From Dehalococcoidia bacterium (GTDB lineage: Bacteria > Chloroflexota > Dehalococcoidia > Plut-88900), in assembly GCA_965249275.1 (NCBI GenBank), contig CBDFLQ010000006.1, positions 736,001 through 800,000 on the forward strand: a stretch of 64,000 nucleotides of DNA, in the 5' to 3' direction. Within the stretch, counting starts at the first letter, position 1. Every line of letters begins with the position of its first letter. The position numbers and the translations under genes are program-made. The notes under the pieces are model-generated. The model was given only the letters and a program-made list of their open reading frames with translations. It searched no databases and was not told the origin of the DNA. Positions 1 through 8,036 of this stretch are shown here, in pieces.

Positions 1-297
1 TTGAATGTTGATGCAACCGTCAATAGTCAAAATTTTGTCAATCTAACTTGGACTACGGAGCCTGATGTGGCCAGTTATGTAATTGAAAAAAGTGAAGATG
101 AAGATTCCGATTTTAGGGAATGGGAGCAATTGATGGAAATAAGACCACCAGGCCAGATAGCGTTCTTGCTGGCCTGCGGTGATTCCTACTACTTAAGGAT
201 AAGGTCTAAAGGTAGCGGATCACCTTATCCAGCAGCAAATGGCCCCCCTTCGCGTTCAATCAGGGTGTCTTCTTATTCCCCGTGCCCTACGAGGTGA
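1..297 (+). CDS. 3' end of an extracellular protein with a fibronectin type III-like domain (partial, starts before the window)
   Basis: VNLTWT...SYVIE...YYLRIRSKG pattern typical of FN3 strands. Confidence 0.5.
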   Translation: MNVDATVNSQNFVNLTWTTEPDVASYVIEKSEDEDSDFREWEQLMEIRPPGQIAFLLACGDSYYLRIRSKGSGSPYPAANGPPSRSIRVSSYSPCPTR

Positions 298-306
298 TGA
301 TACGCT

Positions 307-1857
307 ATGAAATGGGAAATGCTAATAGCAATTTTATTCTCTCTGCTGTTCCTGCTATTCGCCATATCCTGCAAGCCTACGCCTGTTGATGCCGAGTCGG
401 CATTGAAAGAAGTGTGTTCACGGAGTGAAACACACACACACTACGATATGACAACAACTGGCACTGTGATAAGAGGCGAGCAAAGCTCGGAATTCTCCAT
501 AGATTACGAAGTGAGCGGGAACAGCTTTCGACAGATAGTAATGGACGATCAGGATATGGTTTTGGGTGAGTTGATTTTCGTGGACGGCGTATTTTATGTG
601 AGAGAGACCAATATACTAGGACAATGGGGGCAATGGGCAGCGTACCAGGATTATGGAACAGATAGTGCTAATTCGAGTCCAGGTGCCCGAGGGAGCCCAG
701 GAATATCAGGAATATGTGGCATCGAAGGCCTTGTTAATTTCAGGGATATGGGAACAATGACGAAAGATGGCTTATCCCTGAGGGTATACGCAGCGTTGGC
801 TCCATCGGGATCCGGTGGAGGAAACAACCGGATTGAATACATGTTTTGGGTGGACAGCAACAGAATCCTACGCAGGTTTTCGCTCAACTCCTTCAGTGAG
901 GGTGTATCTGGGCTTTTGGATGAGAGCGTATCATACACCACTACTGTTCACGGTATTGATGTAGTGAATGTGATCGTTGCTCCTATCTCTCCTCCGGATT
1001 TTCAGTCCCCAACTCCTTTCCCGGCCAAGGAAGCTACTTTTGTGGATGCAACCGCAGAGCCCAGCGCATTCGCAACTGCCCAAGCTGTATCCACCACAAT
1101 TGCCGAACAAACCCTCAGGCCGTCTTCGGAGATAACGGGTCTAGTGAGCGACATGGAAGAGGGAGAGAGCGACTCATTTGGTGTGAGTGCTACGAACCTG
1201 GTGTCGACGGACAGCTACAGCATACGGGTGACCACGGACAACACCAATACGGGGTTTGACAGCGGGTGCATGGATCAGCAGGAGGACGTGACGATATCTG
1301 CTGGGAGCACGTCCCACACGGAGTCTCTCATGCTGTACGGGTGTACTGCGCCCGGTGGGACGGTGACGGCGACGCTGCTGCAGGGGAGCACTATTGTGGC
1401 CACTGCCACCGCCGACGTGGCGGTAACCGATCCCACCCCCGAACCTTCAGCCACACCGGAACCCACCGCAACACCCGAACCTACACCTACGCCCACATCA
1501 ATTCCTCAGCCCACACCAACTCCCCAACAGACCTCTAGCGTGTCCGTCTCCCTCTCTCCTCGGGATGACCCCTACATCACCCAGACCGACATCACCGTCT
1601 CCTGGTCAGACTCCACTCCCTGCCAAGGAAGCTACTTCGTAGGAGTTTCCGACAGCCAAGGCTATTTGATTAGATTGCTCGGTTCCCACCCCGCACCCGC
1701 TACTACAGCTATTGACGCAGACCTCAGCCTCCCCTGGGACAATGTCCCCAACTATTCTTGGACGGTAAGCGTGCGTTGCGACCCTTCCGAGAACTCCTCC
1801 GATTGGTGGATGCTCGGAGAAGTGCCCCTACAATCGGGCTTGCCCAGTTCGCCCTAG
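307..1857 (+). CDS. Secreted/lipoprotein, multi-domain, with PT linker and a C-terminal beta-rich module shared with the next gene
   Basis: Hydrophobic N-terminus with FAISC lipobox-like motif; PTPEP linker; C-terminal ~130 aa nearly identical to that of 2195..4165. Confidence 0.7.
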   Translation: MKWEMLIAILFSLLFLLFAISCKPTPVDAESALKEVCSRSETHTHYDMTTTGTVIRGEQSSEFSIDYEVSGNSFRQIVMDDQDMVLGELIFVDGVFYVRETNILGQWGQWAAYQDYGTDSANSSPGARGSPGISGICGIEGLVNFRDMGTMTKDGLSLRVYAALAPSGSGGGNNRIEYMFWVDSNRILRRFSLNSFSEGVSGLLDESVSYTTTVHGIDVVNVIVAPISPPDFQSPTPFPAKEATFVDATAEPSAFATAQAVSTTIAEQTLRPSSEITGLVSDMEEGESDSFGVSATNLVSTDSYSIRVTTDNTNTGFDSGCMDQQEDVTISAGSTSHTESLMLYGCTAPGGTVTATLLQGSTIVATATADVAVTDPTPEPSATPEPTATPEPTPTPTSIPQPTPTPQQTSSVSVSLSPRDDPYITQTDITVSWSDSTPCQGSYFVGVSDSQGYLIRLLGSHPAPATTAIDADLSLPWDNVPNYSWTVSVRCDPSENSSDWWMLGEVPLQSGLPSSP

Positions 1858-1879
1858 GCCGCCACTCACCTTCTACAAC
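1459..1879 (+). repeat. Copy 1 of a ~420-bp direct repeat (copy 2 at ~3767-4186)
   Basis: Near-identical DNA at offset 2308, covering the linker, C-terminal domain, stop codon and ~20 nt beyond. Confidence 0.9.
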
Positions 1880-2194
1880 CGCCCCTACCCCTACCCCTCC
1901 ACCCCCCCGGCACAGACCGAAAATACGACTATGGCGTGAGCCCATCCCTTGGGAACCTTTTAGGCAACTAATACGTTATAGTCATATAAGATGTATGGTC
2001 CACAAGCATCTAGCGCTTTTTGGCTGCATGTGGATGTATGTCACCGAGTTCACGGTTATTTAGCTCAAAGGTAGCCTCGGCCTCCGACCATGATGCACGA
2101 ATTCGGGCACACCCTGGGGAATCCGAGCTTTTGGGAGATATCTACTAGAGTGGATTTGGCTCCAATAGTTGATGTAGTCAACACAGGAGCAGTC

Positions 2195-4165
2195 ATGCGA
2201 ATGTTGTATAGAAGCCGATTGCGGATGATGCAGATCGTGGGCCTGGGTGTGGCCCTAGTGGTTGTTGTGCTCCTAGCGATAGGCTGTGGTAGTGCCGACA
2301 CCGAGGTAGAGACCACACAAGGCAGTGGCAAAAGTTCGGCATCGGGTGCGATGTCCAGCGGCGTTCCCTACACAGGCGAGTCCTCGATGGAGGAAACGAT
2401 AGCGTATGCGGAGGCTGTGGCCCGCGTCAGGTTCAGGTCCGCCAGACAGACCATCGAGGAAATCCGATTTGATTTCCGCAACTCCGACCGATATATCACT
2501 TATTATGCCAACTCCATCGAGATTACGTTCGAGGTGCTTGAATATCTCAGGGGTAGCGGAGGCGATGAAATCAAAGCGGTGCTATTCGACCATGACGGAT
2601 TGCGTGAAACCCGTGCGGAGGTGGAGGCCCTCAATGAGAACCTATTGTCCTTGCGCACCACCCAATGGGACGAGAGAGAAGCCATCGTGTTCTTGCATTC
2701 GGGTGACGGTGTGGTCAGCACTTTTGACGACCCCGACCGCTATTGGATGACCTCCTTCCGCAACAACGGAGAGGACGGCTACACGGTAGCGAGCAGATGG
2801 GAAAAGGCGTGGCTCCCCGATGCCGCCGCACAGGGGGCGACGGGCAGGGCATTGGGCGGAGAGCAGCGGTTCTTGATAAATCTGCCGAGTGGATCCCAAG
2901 ACGCGAGTGGACGTAGTAGCACTCAAGGCGAGTCGATGACAATCAGTGAATTGAAGGCCCTGGTCACGAGGATAGGGAATGAACTTGCCGCCGGTGGTAC
3001 GGAAGCCTACGCCGAGTGCGTTCGTGACAAATACCGCTCGGCAAGATATCAACAGTACCTCAAGAACCATCGTGAGACCGTATGGGGCGTCGAGTACAAC
3101 CGCCAACACGTGAAAGCGATAACGTCGGGCGCATCATCCGGCACCGAAGTGTACGTCGGTAGTGCGGCTGACCATATTGATGCAGATGACATCCCCGACT
3201 CGCTCGATATTGATGATGTGATATTGCACACAGGACAGGATGCGGACTTGTTTGACAAGGTGTGGCCAGCCAACGCTGTTACGGCGCGACCCCTTCCTCA
3301 AGGCACCTACCGGTTCTATTGGGCCGACCAGCCCAAGAATTACGCCTTGTGTGATGCCATATCGGAAATCCGTAAGAAACGAAACGAGGTAATCGTCACG
3401 GTCGCCCCGCCCTCCGGTACCCTTCACGAAGCCTTCTTTGATCCGGTGACCATTGGCACGGGGGTGGGGGTTGACGGGTCCAACGGCGTCATAAACCCCG
3501 CCGCCTTCTCTATAGACGGCACATCAACCTCCATCACCGGCCTCAAGTGGGAAAGCGGCTCCGTCGTCCTATCCCTCTCCCCCTTATCCTCCCTCTCGGG
3601 GCAGAAGGTGGAGTTCATAGAGCTGGACGGGTCCGTTTCCCTCTCACTACCCGCGTCCTCCGCCACAGAGGACTCTTCCGCAGGCACCCTCTCCTGGTCC
3701 GTATCAGACCAGCCCTGGCACAACGACGACTTACTCATGCTGCGGATTGTGGCTTCCACAACACCCGAACCCACCGCAACACCCGAACCTACACCTACGC
3801 CCACATCAACTCCTCAGCCCACACCAACTCCACAACAGACCTCAAGCGTGTCCGTCTCCCTCTCCCCTCGGGATGACCCCTACATCACCCAGACCGACAT
3901 CACCGTCTCCTGGTCAGACTCCACTCCCTGCCAAGGAAACTACTTCGTAGGAGTTTCGGACAGCGAAGGTTATTTGATTAGATTACTCGGTTCCCACCCC
4001 GCACCCGCTACTACAGCTATTGATGCAGACCTCAGCCTCCCCTGGGACAATGTCTCCAACTATTCTTGGACGGTAAGCGTGCGTTGCGACCCTTCCGATA
4101 GCTCCTCCGATTGGTGGATGCTCGGAGAAGTGCCCCTACAATCGGGCTTGCCCAGTTCGCCCTAG
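2195..4165 (+). CDS. Lipoprotein, hypothetical, with the same C-terminal module as 307..1857
   Basis: AGGAG at 2185-2189 before ATG 2195; LAIGC lipobox; ORF-track start at 2090 is probably an upstream remnant. Confidence 0.7.
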   Translation: MRMLYRSRLRMMQIVGLGVALVVVVLLAIGCGSADTEVETTQGSGKSSASGAMSSGVPYTGESSMEETIAYAEAVARVRFRSARQTIEEIRFDFRNSDRYITYYANSIEITFEVLEYLRGSGGDEIKAVLFDHDGLRETRAEVEALNENLLSLRTTQWDEREAIVFLHSGDGVVSTFDDPDRYWMTSFRNNGEDGYTVASRWEKAWLPDAAAQGATGRALGGEQRFLINLPSGSQDASGRSSTQGESMTISELKALVTRIGNELAAGGTEAYAECVRDKYRSARYQQYLKNHRETVWGVEYNRQHVKAITSGASSGTEVYVGSAADHIDADDIPDSLDIDDVILHTGQDADLFDKVWPANAVTARPLPQGTYRFYWADQPKNYALCDAISEIRKKRNEVIVTVAPPSGTLHEAFFDPVTIGTGVGVDGSNGVINPAAFSIDGTSTSITGLKWESGSVVLSLSPLSSLSGQKVEFIELDGSVSLSLPASSATEDSSAGTLSWSVSDQPWHNDDLLMLRIVASTTPEPTATPEPTPTPTSTPQPTPTPQQTSSVSVSLSPRDDPYITQTDITVSWSDSTPCQGNYFVGVSDSEGYLIRLLGSHPAPATTAIDADLSLPWDNVSNYSWTVSVRCDPSDSSSDWWMLGEVPLQSGLPSSP

Positions 4166-4186
4166 GCACACCTCACCTTCTACAAC
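3767..4186 (+). repeat. Copy 2 of the ~420-bp direct repeat
   Basis: Matches 1459-1879 apart from roughly a dozen scattered substitutions. Confidence 0.9.
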
Positions 4187-4333
4187 TCCTCAGGCCCTCT
4201 CCGTCTCTCCCGTAACTCCACGCGGGAGCACCCCCACCTAACTTTCCACCCCCTCGTGCGTTTACTCACTTGAACGCACCAATCTTGCTACCTCACCATC
4301 ATATGGCTACCATAGTGCTCGAACGGAGACTCT

Positions 4334-6133
4334 ATGCCCATGCGTAATGCTATAAACAAAAAGACTGGCCGATTGACCCTTCTCACAGTCCTCGCACTTG
4401 CCACCATCGCCCTCCTAGTCGCCGCCGCCTGCGGCTCGAGCGAAGAGGGCCCCACCCTTCAGCCCACCTCCACACCCGTCCCCACCGCGCCGGCCACGCT
4501 TGCCACCGCCACCCCTGTCCCGGACTCGCCGGTAGGTACGGGTGGTGAGTTTACACGACTCTTCTCCGACCCCCCCACCCTGGACCCCGCCCTCACCTCC
4601 GACACCAGCTCCGCATTCGTAGTCATCGAGGTCTTCAGCGGTCTCGTCACCATCGACGCCGACCTCAACATCGTCCCCGACATCGCCACCAGGTGGGACC
4701 TCAGCAACGACGAGCGGACCTTCACCTTCCACCTGAGAAACGACGTCAAGTTCCACGACGGCAAGCCCGTGACAGCCCACGACTTCAAATTCTCCATGGA
4801 GCGGGCCCTGGACCCCCGTACCGAATCCACCGTCGCCGACCTCTACCTGAACGACATCGTAGGCGCCTCCGCCAAGCTCAAAGGCACGGCCAACAGCGTC
4901 AGCGGAATACGCGTCCTGGACGACTATACCCTCGAAATAACCATCGACGCCCCGAAACCCTATTTTCTCGCCAAGCTGACCTACTCCACCGCCTTCGTCG
5001 TCGACCAGGAGAACGTCGAGTCGGGCCCCGACTGGACTTCCCGGCCCAACGGCACTGGCGCCTTCCGCCTCGCTGAGTGGGAAATCGGCGAGCGCATCCG
5101 GCTCGAAAGGAACGACCTCTACTATAAAGAGCCCGCCCACCTGGACGCCGTCAACCTGCTTCTAAGCGGCGGCGTCGGCATGACCATGTATGAGAACAAC
5201 GAGATCGACTTCACGGGCGTCGGCCTGGCCGACATAGACCGTGTCCTCGACCCCACAGAGGAGATCAACCGGGACCTTCAAATCACTCCCCCCGACTACA
5301 GCGTCAGCTACTTCGGGCTCAATACCCAGATGGCCCCCTTCGACGACATCAAGGTACGTAAGGCCCTGGCCCTCGCCATTAATAAGGAGCTTATCGCCGA
5401 GGCCGTGCTGTCCAACCTGGTCGTCCCCGCCTATGGCATCCTGCCCCCGGGCTTCCCGGGCCACAACCAGAACCTGCAGGGCATCCGCTTCGACATCGAA
5501 GAGGCGATGAGGACACTGGCCGAGTCCAGCTATGGCCGCGGAGACCCAGCAATCGCCGAACAGCTCATGCAGGCCGACACCGCCGTCGACGACGAGTCCC
5601 GCATCACCGCCCTCAGCGAGGCTTCCAGGATGGCCGCGGCAAAGCTGCCGACCATAATCCTGTCCGTCCCCGGCGGTGGTGGGGCCGTGGGCCTCGATAC
5701 CGAGGTTGTCCTGGCCATCTGGCAGGAGCTCCTCGGAGTCAACGTCGAGGTCCAGCAGTCCGAGTTCGCCACGTTCCTTAACGATGTGGACCGTCGCCGC
5801 TACCAGATGTTCACCCTCGGCTGGGTCGCCGACTACCCCGACCCCCAGAACTTCCTGGACATCCTCTTCCACTCCGAAAGCGCCAACAACCACACCGGCT
5901 TCACAAACCCGGAAGTCGACAGGCTGCTGGAACAGGCCCGCACCGAGAAGGACGTCGAGACCCGAATATCCCTCTACCAGCAGGCCGAGCAGCTCATCGT
6001 CAACGATGTGCCCTGGATCCCCCGCTGGTACGAAGGCGACCGCTACATCCTCATCAAGCCCCACGTCAAGGGCTACGTCCTCTCCCCCCTCCCCATCCCC
6101 AAGCTCAGGTTCATTTACATAGAGCCTGAATAA
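4334..6133 (+). CDS. oppA: Peptide ABC transporter substrate-binding lipoprotein (OppA/DppA, SBP family 5)
   Basis: AAACG lipobox; DPPTLDP, TFHLRNDVKFHDGKPVTAHDF, PNGTGAFRL, GWVADYPDP motifs. Confidence 0.92.
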   Translation: MPMRNAINKKTGRLTLLTVLALATIALLVAAACGSSEEGPTLQPTSTPVPTAPATLATATPVPDSPVGTGGEFTRLFSDPPTLDPALTSDTSSAFVVIEVFSGLVTIDADLNIVPDIATRWDLSNDERTFTFHLRNDVKFHDGKPVTAHDFKFSMERALDPRTESTVADLYLNDIVGASAKLKGTANSVSGIRVLDDYTLEITIDAPKPYFLAKLTYSTAFVVDQENVESGPDWTSRPNGTGAFRLAEWEIGERIRLERNDLYYKEPAHLDAVNLLLSGGVGMTMYENNEIDFTGVGLADIDRVLDPTEEINRDLQITPPDYSVSYFGLNTQMAPFDDIKVRKALALAINKELIAEAVLSNLVVPAYGILPPGFPGHNQNLQGIRFDIEEAMRTLAESSYGRGDPAIAEQLMQADTAVDDESRITALSEASRMAAAKLPTIILSVPGGGGAVGLDTEVVLAIWQELLGVNVEVQQSEFATFLNDVDRRRYQMFTLGWVADYPDPQNFLDILFHSESANNHTGFTNPEVDRLLEQARTEKDVETRISLYQQAEQLIVNDVPWIPRWYEGDRYILIKPHVKGYVLSPLPIPKLRFIYIEPE

Positions 6134-6213
6134 GCAAGAGTAATTGGACCCCTACCGTGTGGTATCCTTTCCACACGGTAGGGTGTTGGTCGGGAGAGTC
6201 AAAGAGGACTGCT

Positions 6214-6621
6214 TTGCGTTCACGCACAGTTAAGAACTTGGATGAAGGGGCAGGGAAGCTCCCGCGAGACCTGGCAGACGCCCTCGCAGACCTTGCAGAC
6301 GCGAGCGAAGAGGCCCGGGAGGACGGACTACCCATCCCAGACCAGCAATTACTTGATGCCTCTGAGCAAATCCTGAGAAAGCTCTACGATATCTGGCCTC
6401 ACCGCTTCGAAGTCTACCCCGACCAGGATGGAGCGATTGCTATCGATGCACGTAATGACCGTGGGTCTGCGGTCTTGGTCTTGTGCGAACCCGGAGGGGA
6501 GGTGCTTTGCTTGGTGCACACTCACGGCGAGCAGCAGAGCAACAGGTATCCGTCTTCTGAAGACCTTCCGGATGATTTTCTGTCTGGAGCCTTTTCCTCT
6601 CTGGAGTTAGCGTCCGGCTAG
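6214..6621 (+). CDS. Hypothetical acidic protein inserted in the opp operon
   Basis: Open frame; GAGGA before TTG 6214; start uncertain. Confidence 0.55.
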   Translation: MRSRTVKNLDEGAGKLPRDLADALADLADASEEAREDGLPIPDQQLLDASEQILRKLYDIWPHRFEVYPDQDGAIAIDARNDRGSAVLVLCEPGGEVLCLVHTHGEQQSNRYPSSEDLPDDFLSGAFSSLELASG

Positions 6622-6626
6622 CTCCT

Positions 6627-7045
6627 ATGCCAGTCCCCGAAACCATCGCCGAATGGGAAAATCTAGGTCGGGGAATCTATTCGAGAAGCACCGCCAAACG
6701 TGCCAGCAGAAACCCACACCATACAACGTGTTTCTGCCCCCGTCAGGGGGAATGAGAATTTCGGTCGACAGATTAAGTGTTGCTCCGCTTGAAGAAGCTA
6801 TTACGATAGCCAAGCAACGGGCTGCAAACCGAGAAGGCGAGTTTCGGGGATGGGCGACTGTTACGGCTGATGCGGCCTGTAAAGAGGGTCGCACGGTAAT
6901 TGCCTCTCCTATAGAAGGCGAAAATCCCTATCACTCGGACATTGTTTTGCCTGCCGCTGTTGCCAATGACCGCAAAATGCAGAAGCACCACGCTCTAGCA
7001 CTCGCAAGGCGCTCCAGTTGGCGCGAAGGCCCGAATCCCGTCTAA
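6627..7045 (+). pseudogene. Hypothetical protein, apparently frameshifted near 6705-6712
   Basis: ATG 6627 gives MPVPETIAEWENLGRGIYSRSTAKRASR; the conserved-looking body (VFLPP..ISVDRL..GWATV..NPYHSDI) is in a different frame. Confidence 0.45.
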
Positions 7046-7106
7046 GATAGATGCTAAGTTCTTCGCACTATGAAAAGACCACACTAGCCAACCCCCGGAG
7101 GCGTAG

Positions 7107-8036
7107 ATGAAGGCCTACATCCTTCGCAGGATGCTCTGGGTCCCAGTAGTCCTTCTCGTCGTGTCCTTCGTCACCTTTGCCCTCGGCAACTATGGCCCGG
7201 GCGACCCCGTTTCCGTTCTCGCCGGCCAGCACCGGGACCCCGATGTCATTGCCCGCATCAAAGAACAGCGCGGCCTCGACGACCCCTTCTTCGTACAGTA
7301 TGGGCGTTACGTATGGAACGCCGTGCAGGGAGACCTCGGAGAGAGTTTCACCTTCCGCGGCGAACGCGTCTCCAGCCTAATCACCGGCAAGATATGGGTG
7401 TCGGCCCAGCTGGGCATCGCAGCGACGATAATTTCTGTGTTTGGAGGTGTGCCCCTGGGCTTGACCGCCGCCCTGAACCAGGGCCGCTGGACGGACCCGG
7501 TCATCGTCGCCACCACACTCCTCTTTGTCTCGGTCCCCGTCCTGGTGACCGCGCCCCTGCTCGCCCTCATATTTGTCGTATGGCTGGACATATTGCCCAG
7601 CGGCGGATGGGGCGGCTTCTTCGACATACGCATACTCATGCCCGCCTTCGTTATGGGAGTGCCGGGCATCGCCATAATGACCCGGCTGATGAGGGCCAGC
7701 ACCCTGGACGTCCTGGGCCAGGACTACATCCGCACCGCCCGAGCCAAGGGCCTGCGCGAATGGACCGTCCGCCGCCGACACATCGCCCGAAATTCCATCA
7801 TCCCCATCGTCACCGTCATTGGCCTCTCTCTGGGCGACCTTGTGACCGGCGCATTCATTACCGAGCAACTGTACGGCATCCCGGGTATCGGCAAGTTGGC
7901 CATCGACTCCATATTCAACCGGGACTTTCCGGTCATCATGGCCCTCGTGCTGATCATTGCCGTGTCCTTTGTCCTTGCCAACCTGCTGGTCGACGTTCTC
8001 TACGCCTTCCTCGACCCCCGGATCAAGTATGACTAA
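7107..8036 (+). CDS. oppB: Peptide ABC transporter permease OppB/DppB
   Basis: GPGDP, GLDDPFFVQY, GDLGES, DYIRTARAKGL (EAA loop), LDPRI. Confidence 0.93.
   Translation: MKAYILRRMLWVPVVLLVVSFVTFALGNYGPGDPVSVLAGQHRDPDVIARIKEQRGLDDPFFVQYGRYVWNAVQGDLGESFTFRGERVSSLITGKIWVSAQLGIAATIISVFGGVPLGLTAALNQGRWTDPVIVATTLLFVSVPVLVTAPLLALIFVVWLDILPSGGWGGFFDIRILMPAFVMGVPGIAIMTRLMRASTLDVLGQDYIRTARAKGLREWTVRRRHIARNSIIPIVTVIGLSLGDLVTGAFITEQLYGIPGIGKLAIDSIFNRDFPVIMALVLIIAVSFVLANLLVDVLYAFLDPRIKYD

Noticed and set aside
1459-4186. DGR template/variable repeat pair
   Set aside because: Differences are not adenine-specific, both copies are coding, and no reverse transcriptase is in the window.
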